DNA of 64,000 bases from Ranitomeya imitator. Lineage: Eukaryota. Numbering within the stretch: position 1 is the first letter of the stretch; every line of letters begins with the position of its first letter. Location of the stretch: NCBI RefSeq assembly GCF_032444005.1, contig NC_091284.1:482794001-482858000 (forward strand). The letters run 5' to 3'. The notes below the pieces were generated by a model, which searched no databases, was not told the origin of the DNA, and saw nothing but the letters and a program-made list of their open reading frames with translations. Below are positions 50,347-63,146 of the stretch, piece after piece. Position numbers and translations under genes: made by a program.

Positions 50347-51984
50347 TATATATACTGTATTTATATAGGGTGCTTCACTCGCTACTTTACCTGGAAAAAT
50401 TTCTCTAACTTCTAAAAGAGACGATCCATTGTACTCAAATTTATCCTGTTCATAACTTGGTTCAAGAAAAGGGAAAGAAACATTCTTGCGCCAAGTGGTC
50501 TTGCCGACTTTTCGCCCCGCCGGCCATCTCCACTACTCACAATAAAGACCTGAAAATAGGAGAGCATTACTCATTGTATTTTATAGCTTTTATTATGTAT
50601 TATTTTCATGAACTATAAGTTATAATAACAGAAAGGGTGAGTATAGTAAAACTTATTTTTCTTCTCTTGCAGGTTGGATAGAATGCTGTAGATAAGCCCT
50701 GAAAGGCGGTGGTTTTAACTCATATCGGCTAAATCTGGTGACAGGTTCCATTTAAAATACCCCACAGACGGGCAATTTTGAATCAACATTGATCATTAGC
50801 ATTAAAGGAACATCTTTTAGGGCCAAGTTCTTTTTTGAGTTTTACTGTGCTGTTGCATGTGACATTGCCACCAAAACAAGATAATTTGAGGATTTAAGAT
50901 TATTATATTTAAAGAATTATTGTTATTAGTATAATATTTTTAGATTACCTATATGTAGAAGCTGAACATAATTCATTTTGTCCTAATGATCTTTTATGCA
51001 TATAATAATCTTTTGAATATGAAACATTTGTTTTAACATTTACACTCGCAGTAAAGACTTGAAAATAGGAAAGTGTTCCTCATTGTTTTTATTATAAGCT
51101 ATATTATGTATTCTTTTCTTGAACCATAAGCTATAATAACAGAATCATTAAAATATTATTAAAAGGCGATTATAAAGTAAAAAAAAAAAATACAAGGACT
51201 TATTTTAATGTGTAAATTATGCGTATCTGGAAAAAAACTATTTAAAATTAGAGTGCTGGTATTTGACATATGCTTTCAAGGTTGAATATTCCCTCACGTG
51301 CCATAATATTTTACCGTGCTGTTTAGCTGTAGTTTAATGTTCTTAGGTTAATGAGGCTAGGTGAAAATAGTCAATCAATATGTTATATTCTTACGGATTT
51401 TGTAGAAAAGGGAAGAGTACATGGAAGGTGTCACATGGATAGCAACAATTGAACACAAAGGTGCAATCAACTAAAGTTTGCATCAAGTTTGTAAATGATA
51501 CATTGAGTAGTACAACAAAAAGATAATTTCAATATGTACACATATATATTAAATTATACAGGGTCATTCACTCACTACTTTACAAAAAAAAATTGCTGTA
51601 ATTTCTAAAAAAGACGGTCAACCTTACTGAAATTTGAACTGCACATACCTGTACATACTCGATTTACTCTTTAGTACCTAGTATTGATTGTAATTAGATG
51701 ACTTATAATCAAACTGAACTGAAAAACAATTGTAGCAACTTTTATTTCTGCCTAAATGGAAAAGGAGCACGACCGTATAACCAGCGGTTCTTCCAAAGCA
51801 CAAAGAAGTATATGCAGAGTGCAGAAAACCTACCGTAAGTGTAACAAGTTTTACTGTGTGCTGTGTGTAAATTTAAATGTTACTTTAAAATGCACTTTAA
51901 ATAAGCAATACATTGTTTTAGGGAACTTAGCTCTAATATAAAAGAGTGTTAATCTATGGTGCAGCTCCCATCACCCTTTTTTTG

Positions 51985-52355
51985 TCTTGGGCGTATTCAG
52001 AGTGCAAGTGAAATCGCAGCATGCTGTGACTGTACGCGTATATTGCCCGAGTCTCGCCAATGCAAGTCTATGGGTGCGAGAAAAAAATCGGACACCACAC
52101 GGACCATCAGTGTAGCTTGCGAGAAATACACAGCCATTTTCCTCATTTCAGCCCATTGAGTCATAACATTCAATGGGGAAAAGCAGTGAGAAATGTACAG
52201 CCATACGCATGTCATACGGATACATAGGTGCGAGAAAATCGCATCATCGCATTGCAAACGCATTACACACGGATGACCATACGGAGAACACTTGTGCGAC
52301 TCTCAGCAGGGAGACTCGGACCGATTTTCCATACAACATGTGTGACCCCAGCCTT
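51985..52355. mobile_element. Harbinger-type MITE relic
   Basis: Ends ...CATGTGTGACCCCAGCC|TTA; CGCATCATCGCA/TCCGTG-type interior; the left end is degenerate. Confidence 0.45.
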
Positions 52356-52806
52356 AGTTTAATGAGCGGTGTCAGAAGAAAGAAGACAGGGAGGTGAGCA
52401 CACACGGCCGCTGTGTGCAGGTGGAGCCACACACACACTGTCAGCATTTAGCAGTGCTCATTTTGTGAAGTGTGCACTGATTAAAAAGAAGTCGAGGACC
52501 CAATAAACAAATGAGGAGGTGTAAAGGTGCACCAAACTTTGGCCACCACGAGGGTGCACCGAAGCCTCCTTATTTGCATATTAATTAAAAAAGTTATTTT
52601 CTCAGGCAATGTACCAGTAACAGGAACTGTGCTAGCAGTGATAGACCACCACTACCACTTTCACTATAACTGATTGTGATATGTGGCACAACATTTGTTA
52701 GTCAAAGCCAAGAGAAGCAAATTATAGTTTTTCTTTGTGCAGATTCATCCCATGTTTTTTACTGACAACTGCTAAGAAAAATGCAGCCTTGTATAAGTGT
52801 ACTTTC

Positions 52807-52881
52807 AGGGGGCACTCAGAGTTGAACCAAGGGCCTCTTGATCTGCAGTCAATTAATTGCTCTACCACTGAGCTATACCCC
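52807..52881 (-). tRNA. tRNA-Cys(GCA) pseudogene
   Basis: The minus strand reads GGGGTATAGCTCAGTGGTAGAGCAATTAATTGACTGCAGATCAAGAGGCCCTTGGTTCAACTCTGAGTGCCCCCT, with A and B boxes and a GCA anticodon. There is a ~4-nt insertion before the anticodon stem. Confidence 0.85.
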
Positions 52882-52978
52882 TGAGCTCAGAGCCTTGTAT
52901 AAGTGGCCTACAGGTATACATGGCAGATAAACTGTATAAAGTCAAAAGTGATCATTGACAATAATCACAATTAATTAA

Positions 52979-55900
52979 CCCCTTAATCCCATATGACGTA
53001 CTATCCCGTCAAGGTGACGTGGGACTTAATTCCCAGTGACAGGATAGTACGTCATATGCGATCGGCAGCGCTCACGGGGGGACTGCGGCCGATCGCGGCC
53101 AGGTGTCAGCTGACTATCACAGCTGACATCCGGGACTATGTGCAAGGAGCGGTCACGGACCTTTCCCGGCACATTACCCCCGGCACACTGCGATCAAACA
53201 TGATCGCAGTGTTCCGGGGGCATAGGGAAGCATCGTGCAGGGAAGGGGCTCCCTGCGGGCTTCCCTGAGACGATCGGTGCAAGGCTTGTACCGAACGTCT
53301 CCTTCCTGCAGGCCATGGATCCAAAATGGCTGCGGGGCTATTTCCGGGTCCCGCAGGGAGTACTTCCAGGTCCAGAGCAGGCTCTGGTAACCAAGCAACA
53401 TGGCACGCCAGATCGCTGATCTGACACAGTGGTCTGCAAAGTGTCAGATCAGCGATCTGTCACTATACAGTGATGTCCCCCCTGGGACAAAGTAAAAAAG
53501 TTAAAAAAAATTTTTTTTACATGTGTAAAACAAAAAAAAAAAAAAAATTCCTAAATAAAGAAAAAAATATATTGTTCCCATAAATACATTTCTTTATCTA
53601 AATAAAAAAAACAATAAAAGTACACATATTTAGTATCGCCATGTCCGTAATGACCCGACCCATAAAACTGTCCCACTAGTTAACCCCTTCAGTGAACACC
53701 GTAAAAAAACGAGGCAAAAAACAACGCTTTATTATCATACCGCCAAACAAAAAGTGGAATAACTCGCGATCAAAAAGACAGATATAAATAACCATGGTAC
53801 CGCTGAAAACATCATCTTGTCCTGCAAAAAACGAGCCATGAAACAGCATCAACAGCGAAAAAATAAAAAAGTTACAGTCCTCAGAATAAATCAATGCAAA
53901 AATAATTATTTTTTCTATAAAATAGTTTTTATCGTTTAAAAAGAGCCAAAACATAAAAAAATGATATAAATGAGGTATTGCTGTAAACGTACTGACCGGA
54001 AGAATAAAACTGCTTTATCCATTTTACCAAATGCCGAACGGTATAAGCGCCCCCCCACAAAAGAAATTCATGAATAGCTGGTTTTTGAAAATTCTGCCTC
54101 ACAAAAATCGGAATAAAAAGCGATCAAAAAACAAAGACCTCACATGACTCTGTGGACCAAAATTTGGAAAAATTAAAGGTCTCAAAATGTGGTAATGCAA
54201 AAAATATTTTTTGCAATAAAAAGCGTCTTTTAGTGTGTGACGGCTGCCAATCATAAAAATCCGCTAAAAAACGCTATAAAAGTAAATCAAACCCCCCTTC
54301 ATTACCCCTTTAGTTAGGGAAACATAAAAAAATTCAAAAATGTATTTATTTCTATTTTCTCATTGGGGTTAGGGCTAGGGTGAGGGCTAGGGTTAGGGTT
54401 AGGGTTGGGGCTAGGGTTAGGGCTAGGGTCGGGGCTTGGGTTAGGGCTAGGGTTAGGGTTGGGGCTAAGATTAGGGTTGGGGCGAAAGTTAGAGTTAGGG
54501 TTGGGGCTAAAGTTAGGGTTGGGACTAAAGTTAGGGTTAGGGTTGGGGCTAAAGTTAGGGTTGGGGCTAAAGTTAGGGTTAGGGTTACATTTATGGTTGG
54601 GATTAGGGTTAGGGGTGTGTCGGGGTTAGGGGTGGAGTTAGGGTTATGGTTGGGATTAGGGTTAGGGGAGTGTTGGGGTTAGAGTTTCAGTTAGAATTGG
54701 GGGTTTCCACTGTTTAGGCTCATCAGAGCTCTCCAAACGCGACATGGCGTCCGATCTCAATTCCAGCCAATTCTGAATTGAAAAAGTAAAACAGTGGTCC
54801 TTCCCTTCCGAGCTCTCCTGTGCGTCCAAACAGTGAATTACCCCAACATATGGGGTATCAGCATACTCAGGACAAATTGGACAACAACTATTGGGGTCCA
54901 AATTCTCTTGTTAGCCTTAAGAAAATAAAAATTTTGGGTTCTAAAAAACATTTTTGTGGGAAAAAAATAATTTTTATTTTCACGACTATGCGTTATAAAC
55001 TGTAGTGAAACACTTGGGGGTTCAAAGTTGTCAAAACACATCTAGATAAGTTCCTTAGAGGGTCTACTTTCCAAAATGGTGTCACTTCTGGGGGGTTTCT
55101 ACTGTTTAGGTGCATCAGGGGTTCTGCAAATGCAACGTGACGCCTGCAGACAAATCCATCTAAGTCTGCATTCCAAATGGCACTCCTTCTCTTCCGAGCT
55201 CTGCCATGCGCCCAAACAGTGGTTCTTCCCCACATATGGGGTATCAGCGTACTCAGGACAAATTGGACAACAAAGTTTGGGGTCCAATGTCTCCTGTTAC
55301 CCTTGGGAAAATACAAAACTGGGGGCTAAAAAATAATTTTTGTGAAAAAAACTAAATAATTTTTATTTTCACGGCTCTGCATTATAAACTTTTGCGAAGC
55401 ACTTGGTGGGTTAAAGTGCTCACCACACATTTAGATAAGTTCCTTAGGGGGTCTACTTTCCAAAATGGTGTCATTTGTGTGGGGTTTCAATGTATAGGCA
55501 CATCAGGGGCTCTTCAAATGCAACATGGCGTCCCATCTCAATTCCAGTCAATTTTGCATTGAAAAGTCAAACGGCGCTCCTTCCCATCTGAGCTCTGCCG
55601 TGCGCCCAAACAGTGGTTTACCCCCACATGTGGGGTATCGGCATACTCAGAACAAGTGGCACAACAAGTTTTGGGGTCCAATTTCTTCTCTTACCCTTGG
55701 AAAAATAAAACAAATTGGAGCTGAAGTAATTTTTTTGTGAAAAAAGTTAAATGTTAATTTTTTAAAAAACATTCCAGAAATTCCTGTAAAACACCTGAAG
55801 GGTTAATAAACTTCTTGAATGTGGGTTTGAGCACCTTGAGGGGTCCAGTTTTTAGAATGGTGTCACACTTGGTTATTTTCTTGGTTATTTTCTATCATAT

Positions 55901-56348
55901 AGACCCCTCAAAATGACTTCAAATGTGATGTCGTCCCTAAAAAATATTGGTGTTGTAAAAATTAGAAATTGCCGGTCAACTTTTAACCCTTATAACTCCC
56001 TAACAAAAAAAAATTTTGGTTCCAAAATTGTGCTGATGCAAAGTGGACATGTGGGAAATGTTACTTATTAATTATTTTACATGACATATCTCTGTGATTT
56101 AAGGGCATAAAAATTTGGAAAATTGCAAAATTTTCACCAAATTTTCATTTTTTTCACAAATAAACGCAAGTTATATTGAAGAAATTTTACCACTATCATG
56201 AAGTACAATATGTCACGAGAAAACAGTGTCAGAATCGCCAAGATATGTTAAAGCATTCCAGAGTTATAACCTCAGAAAGGGACAGTGGTCAGAATTGTAA
56301 AAATTGGCCCGGTCATTAACATGCAAACCACCCTTGGGGCTTAAGGGG
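52979..56348 (+). mobile_element. Complete piggyBac-type non-autonomous element (3370 bp)
   Basis: TTAA|CCCCTTAA...TTAAGGGG|TTAA; no transposase; ~330-380-bp internal tandem blocks at ~54720-55900. Confidence 0.92.
54365..54690 (+). repeat. Telomere-like hexamer array (TTAGGG, CTAGGG, TTGGGG, CTAAAG)
   Basis: About 50 hexamers with patterned variants, e.g. TTAGGG-TTGGGG-CTAAAG. Confidence 0.95.
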
Positions 56349-57151
56349 TTAAATGTATTAAAATAATTTTGACAAACTATACATTAATGAGGTGACCGTG
56401 GACTCATGTTACAGACAGGACTATTTTTTATTTATCATATTTTTTTTTTCCATGTGTCCAAAGTCAGCATACTGAGTAATTGTTCTGCCATATGATTAAC
56501 CACCTCTCTCAAACAAGCAATAGTAACATGAATTTGAGACAATTTTAAATAAACATTTTGTATTCAGCCATTTTGGTTGTACTGTATTTGTTTATTGCTC
56601 AGTGTGTATTCAGACATCTTTCTGGTAAAAAGTTAGTAAGTATTTCTGAACTGTATTAACAACATAATTGTGAAAAAATGAATCAATTTTACACTGATTC
56701 GAGCAAACTTGAACAATATGCAAATTGTTTCTGTGAATCACCTAACATGGCCTCCACTAGTTTACACATTGCAGAAGATTGCCTCAAAAAAGTATCACAT
56801 GACCTTTAGGGTGGGCCAGCGGGCTGCAGCTGTCACATTAAATGGTGAAGCACATCTCATCTTGAGAGACTACCATAGACTACATAAAAGCAGAAGAGGA
56901 AATGCAGCAGCTATTTTGTAATCTATCTGGATAGTGAGAGGATGTCACAGCTGACAGTTTAGCCATAAAGATAAGGATAGAGGGAAGTAGCTATAAAACA
57001 TTGAAATAGAATCTGTCAGCAAGTTTTTGCTATTTAGTCTGAGAGTAGCATAATATTGGACAATTGAATAATTCTAAGAATGGGTCACTCTCTTGGCTGT
57101 GTGCTTTAATTTAATATAATTAGTGTTATATCTGTAGCGGATTATCACTGC

Positions 57152-58633
57152 TGTAAGATTGCTCTCACTAAATGTATTGGGGGACACTCACTTGGCACGG
57201 GATTAACGTAGTCAGGCACGATTTTTCGCTTAAACACAGTCTATACGGTTTATTAAAGTGTCACAGTTCACATTTACATTTCATAACACATCAAGCACCA
57301 ACTGGTGATATTAACTTGCAGTTTTATCTTAAATACTTCATTTACGGCTTTGTCTCACAGACACTAAACATGCTGGACCTCTCAGTTCCCCCAGTTACCA
57401 TGGGTGTCTGTACGCCGTACACTTTACCAATGTCCCAATTCACATACAGCGCATATGACACTGGGTCGTGGTCTCTAAACACGCCGAACCTCACTCCGTT
57501 CAGTCACCGTGGGAGACAGACCACACAGTTCATAGAACATTACAAGCACCAACAGTCTGTATAGGTACCTGACGGGAGCTCCTGCTCCACCTGCTGACTC
57601 CTTGTCAGTCCACTCCTCCGGGAAAGCTGCCTCACAGGGATCACCAACTTGCCTGGGTGGCATATCTTAGTCAGAACAGACCCACCGAAGGACGGTAGCT
57701 TCCCCAACATAGACCATCCAGAATCAGAGTCTTACTGTGCGCTATTCAGGGATCCGGTCCTACTCCCAGAACCTCCCAACACACCAGCATGACCTCTTCA
57801 GGACTCCTACTCCCAGGACTTCTAACACATGAACCGCACATGTGACCTGTCCAGGTACTATTCAGGACCTCATCCAACACCCCAGGCATATAACCTGTCC
57901 AGGTGCTATTCATGATGTCAGTCCAATACCCCAGGCATATGACCTGTCCAGGTGCTATTCAGGACGTCTGTCAAACACCCCAGGCCACTAGCAAGTCCAA
58001 AGCCCCACCATGTGCTCTTCAGGACTCCTACTCCCAGGAAATCCAACACAGGTTGTTCAGTGTGCTATTCAGGACTCCTACTCCCAGGAAATCTAACACA
58101 CCAGCATGTGCTCTTCAGGACTCCTACTCCCATGAAATCCAACACAGGTTGTTCAGTGTGCTATTCAGGACTCCTGCTCCCAGGAAATCCAACACACCAG
58201 CATGTGCTCTTCAGGACTCTTACTCCCAGGAAATCCAACACATACTTCCAGGACCTTCACCACTCAGGTCCAAACACTGGAACCACACAGGAACATGTGA
58301 CCCACACCTTGGTCACATTATATACCCTTAACCACTCCCCTGAGTGGGAGTGTGGATGTGTGGCTAGTTTGTCCCGCCCATCTCACATAACTAGCCTAGC
58401 AAGTCTCCCTTACAACTACACCATACATATACACACTCTTGAGGGACTACAGGTCCCAGAACAACAACATTACATCAGACTTACCACGCAGACTCCCTCT
58501 GCAACACATATCGGCCACTCACAATTCTGCCAGTCACTGTTTCACCACCATTATCACAATAGATATGCCTCTATGCACATCCTAAATAGCACACACAGCA
58601 CCCCCTAGCTGCCACAGGGGTCACTGCATCACA
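57152..58633 (-). mobile_element. Solo LTR (1482 bp, Gypsy-like) with internal tandem repeats
   Basis: TG...CA ends, 4-bp TSD CTGC (57148-57151 and 58634-58637), minus-strand AATAAA at ~57250, and CAGGACTCCTACTCCCAGGAAATCCAACAC repeats at ~57780-58250. Confidence 0.7.
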
Positions 58634-58785
58634 CTGCCTAGGTCTCACGCGCATAGCAGTCCTGCTGTTTTGGGTAACCCAGCCCTTAACACTGATTAGT
58701 AACTTGCTAACAGTGCACATTGTACCCAGGAACCTGCTAATCCGGGGTGTGGGCAACATTTTATCATTATGACCACTGTCATAAA

Positions 58786-59166
58786 AGCCTCCTTCACATC
58801 TGTTTTTCCAGTTTGTGTGGTATCCTTGTTTTTTCACAGATACCACATGTACTCCTTATAACCTATGGTACCATGGTATTATCCACATGTCTGTGGTTTT
58901 AGATGAACTGTGTATCAGTGCAAACCACACTGAGACATGTCCGTTTTTTACTGGCAGCACAAATGACAAGGGCCAATACAAGTCTATAGGTCCTTGAAAA
59001 ACAAGTACAGCACACGGATGGTAAATGAGAAAGTTTGTAATTTCTTTTTCTTTTGCCAAGGCAGAAAAACACTAAAAGGTACACTGATAGCATACTGATA
59101 CAAACACTATTGATACAGCACTGTTTTTTGTGGTACCTGGTTTATACAGACATGTGAAGGGGGCCT
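58786..59166. mobile_element. Harbinger-type MITE relic
   Basis: GCCTCCTTCACATCTG...CAGACATGTGAAGGGGGCC inverted ends. Confidence 0.45.
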
Positions 59167-59459
59167 CCAACAAATGAAATTGGGATTCAGTCAAAACTGC
59201 ACCAGTCTAGTGAATAATATATCATTTGAATCAGACCCTCTTGTCCTATATTATGCTGCTCTCAGTTTATGTAGCAAAGACCTGCTGACATGATTCTCTT
59301 GACAAAACAGTAAATATAGTGTGTGGCAGTGTAAGGAGATGGACATATTACCCTTGTTCCGCCTTGAAGAAACAAATATAATGTTATGTGAGGTATTGTT
59401 TTCTGTGATGTGAGTTAAAGATGTTAGTAACATTGATAAGATGTGTAGTTTGACATTAG

Positions 59460-60060
59460 GGATAGTGAGAGTTAATGTTTGGGACTAGCCCAGTGTGGAA
59501 GGGGATACATTGAAGGGAAAGTGATGGTTTCCTGTTAGAATGTCAGATAGAGTCTGAAGTGCATAGAGAAAGAACCTAAGGTCCATTGTGAGCAGTGCCA
59601 CACTCTGGACTTGGATGAGGCGCCAACAAAGGAAGCAGAGGACATACCTCAAATGCCTGGCTGTATTGGTGGTAGTATAAGTAGTGGCACTGGCAGCCAT
59701 TGTGTTAGGTCTACTGACAGCTGAAATATTTAGAGTCAGGGGATATTTAAAGATGGGAATCAGGACAGGGGGCAAAGAGTTAAGGACTTTTCCCACAATT
59801 ATAGTTTGCCGGGTCATGAATGATGATGATGATGATTATGTGTTGCACAGTACCTGGAAACCAGACCAGGAGACCAGGAGTTGAGGTTATCAGTGGAGCA
59901 AAGCTAAAGTTCACACAAAAGAGCTATATCTTCAAGCTGTGGTCAGCTCTGAAGCAGATGAAATTGCAGATGTTTTGGTGGGATAGGCTGTAAAGCACCT
60001 GAAAGCTCTGGTCATTGACATGATTTTGGTGGTGATGACTATATCAGGGCATTTCAGGTT
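59460..60060 (-). mobile_element. Probable L2/CR1-clade LINE ORF2 relic
   Basis: Degenerate pyrimidine-rich minus-strand sequence with residual similarity to the region after the L2 endonuclease; motif support is weak. Confidence 0.35.
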
Positions 60061-60289
60061 CTTGAATTCATTTGTATAGTATGTTGCCAGAAGACCAATC
60101 TATTTCAGTGTGCATGCTGTGCTGTGCAGTCAAAAAATAAGCCATGATTATCCCTGCACAAATAAACTAGGAAATACAGCTCATGAAACTGTATTACTAG
60201 CTCAAGTTGGAAAAGTAAAGTGACTAGAGATGTGAGCAAGACTATGCTGTCCTCCTCCTAATCATTATCATCTCTCTAGTTGCCAGGAG

Positions 60290-61272
60290 TAGGGTTGAGC
60301 GAAACGGGTCGGCCACTTTCAGAAGTCGCCGACTTTTGGCAAAGTCGGGTTTCATGAAACCCGACCCGACCCCTGTGTGGGGTCGGCCATGAAGTCGGCG
60401 ATCTTCTGAATCTGGAATCGGAATTCCGATACCGATTCCCGATATGTTTAAGATATCGGGAATTGGTATCGGAATTCAGATTTAAGTGTAAAATAAAGAA
60501 TAAAAATAAAAAATATCGCTATACTCACCCTCGGACGCGCCCTGGTACAAACCGGGAACCTTCCTTCTTTCGAATCAGCGCTTCCAGGACCTTGCGGTGA
60601 CGTCGCAGTGACGTCGCGGCTTGTGATTGGTCACGCGGCCGCCCATGTGACCGCTCGCGCGACCAATCACAAGCCGCGACGTCACGCAAGGTCCTGCAAG
60701 CGCTGATTCTTAGGAAGGAAGGCTGCCGGAAAGAAGCAGGGCGCGTCCGAGGGTGAGTATATACCTAATAGGAATATACTCACACTCGGACGCGCCCTGC
60801 TTCTTTCCGGCAGCCTTCCTTCCTAAGAATCAGCGCTTGCAGGACCTTGCGTGATGTCATGGTGACGTCGCGGCTTGTGATTGGTCGCGTGAGCGGTCAC
60901 ATGGGAGGCCGTGCGACCAATCACAAGCCGCGACGTCACCGCGACGTCACCACAAGGTCCTGGAAGCGCTGATTCGAAAGAAGGAAGGTTCCCGGTTAGT
61001 ACCAGGGCTCGTCCGAGGGTGAGTATAGAGATATTTTTTATTTTTATTCTTTATTTTACACTTAAATATGGATCGCAGGGCCTGAAGGAGAGTTTCCTCT
61101 CCTTCAGACCCTGGGAACCATTGGAAACCCAATGCACTGCATTGGGTTTCGAGTTTAGGCCGACCCCGACTTTTTTATAGGATCGGCCGATTTCACTCGA
61201 CCCGACTTTTGAAAAAGTCAGGTTTCGTGAAACCCGACCCGATCCTATAAAAGTAAAAGTCGCTCAACCCTA
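60290..61272. mobile_element. Complete hAT MITE (983 bp), same terminus family as the 1-10941 element
   Basis: TAGGGTTGAGCG...CGCTCAACCCTA, 8-bp TSD GCCAGGAG (60282-60289 and 61273-61280), nested central palindromes. Confidence 0.97.
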
Positions 61273-61750
61273 GCCAGGAGGCAATTCACAAATAGTACCT
61301 GATTGATATAATAACCATCTACTTTTTGTACTCTTTCACGTGTTTCCTCATTGTATCATCAGTCATCCATATGTGTGACTAGGAAACAAGCATACATGTC
61401 CACTTATCTATTTGTGTGGAAACACAGCTCTCACATGGCCAGGTTCATCATTCACAGTCACTGCCATATCATGTGGGTTGCACTACCTATTGCGCAATAG
61501 CACATACTCAGCCTTGAAGGATAGCATGCTGCCATTACTTCTTTAAAAAAAATGGCAACTATGCATTGTGCTCTCACTTAGCAGAAACTATGGGTTTGCT
61601 TCTTGGAATTGCCATTGTGCAGCAAGGTGCACGTCACTGTCAACAACACAAATTAAAAATAGGGACAGCTCATGTCTCAATGCACCACTGCAAGCAGGCC
61701 AGGCGGTAAAACCTCCATGATTGGTTTCAAAATCAGGCAGGGTATATGTA

Positions 61751-63146
61751 CAGTACAGACAAAAAGTTTGGACACACCTTCTCATTTAAAGATTTTTCTG
61801 TATTTTCATGACTATGAAAATTGTACATTCACACTGAAGGCATCACAACTATGAATTAACACATAGAATTATATACTTAACAAAAAAGTGTGAAACAAAT
61901 GAAATTATGTCTTATATTCTAGGTTCTTCAAAGTAGCCACCTTTTGCTTTGATGACTGCTTTGCACACTCTTGGCATTCTCTTGGTGAGCTTCAAGAGGT
62001 AGTCACCAAGAATGGTCTTCCAACAATCTTGAAGGAGTTCCCAGAGATGCTTAGCACTTATTGGCCCTTTTGACTTCATTCTGCGGTCCAGCTCACCCCA
62101 AACCATCGATTGGGTTCAGGTCTGGTGACCGTGGAAGCCAGTTCATCTGGCGTAGCACCCCATAACTCTCCTTCTTGGTCAAATAGCCCTTACATAGCCT
62201 GGAGGTGGGTTTGGGGTCATTGTCCTGTTGAAAAATAAATGATGGTCCAACTAAATGCAAACCAGATGGAATAGCATGCCGCTGCAAGATACTTTGGTAG
62301 TCATGCTGGTTCAGTATGCCTTCAATTTTGAATAAATCCCCAACAGTGTCACCAGCAAAGCACCCCCACACCATCACTCCTCCTCCTCCATGCTTCACGG
62401 TGGGAACCAGGCATGTAGAGTCCATCTGTTCACCTTTTCTGCGTCACACAAAGACACGGTGTTTGGAACCAAAGATCTCAAATTTGGACTCATAAGCCCA
62501 AAGCACAGATTTCCACTGGTCTAATGTCCATTCCTTGTGTCATTATTGTAAACTTATCCTCAGAAGCAGAGGTGACTCTTGGTCTTCCTTCCCTGGGGCG
62601 GTCCTCATGTGAGCCAGTTTCTTTGTAGCGCTTGATGGTTTTTGCCACTGCACTTGGGGACACCTTCAAAGTTTGCCCAATTTTTCGGACTGACTGACCT
62701 TCATTTTTCTATTTACTGGCTAACACGGTACCAAGATATATATCTTTCCTGTATTCAGTAGGACTATTAGCTGTGTATCCACCAGACTTCTGCACAACAC
62801 AACTGATGGTCCCAACACCATTTATAAGGTAAGAAATCCCACTTATTAAACCTTACAGGGTACACCTGTGAATTGAAAGCCATTCCCGGTGACTACCTCT
62901 TGAAGCTCATCAAGAGAATGCCAAGAGTGTGTAAAGCAGTCATCAAAGCAAAAGGTGGCTACTTTGAAGAACCTAGAATATAAGACATAATTTCAGTTGT
63001 TTCACACTTTTTTGTTAAGTATATAATTCTACATGTGTTAATTCATAGTTTTGATGCCTTCCGTGAGAATGTATAATTTTCATAGTCATGAAAATACAGA
63101 AAAATCTTTAAATGAGAAGGTGTGTCCAAACTTTTGGTCTGAACTG
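61751..63146 (-). mobile_element. Internally deleted Tc1 element with ~255-bp TIRs
   Basis: TA|CAGTACAGACAAAAAGTTTGGACAC...GTGTCCAAACTTTTGGTCTGAACTG|TA. Fragments [24 protein letters not shown] and WLPRSPDLNPI. Confidence 0.92.

Noticed and set aside
54380-54682. RVRV/LGLG low-complexity ORFs, and the idea of a true telomere
   Set aside because: These are translations of a hexamer array that is internal to a TTAA-flanked transposon, not at a chromosome end.
56709-56921. 70-aa ORF in unique-looking sequence
   Set aside because: No recognisable homology and no consistent exon boundaries.
57903-58608. 142-aa and 218-aa repetitive ORFs
   Set aside because: They arise from tandem repeats inside a solo LTR and have no domain.
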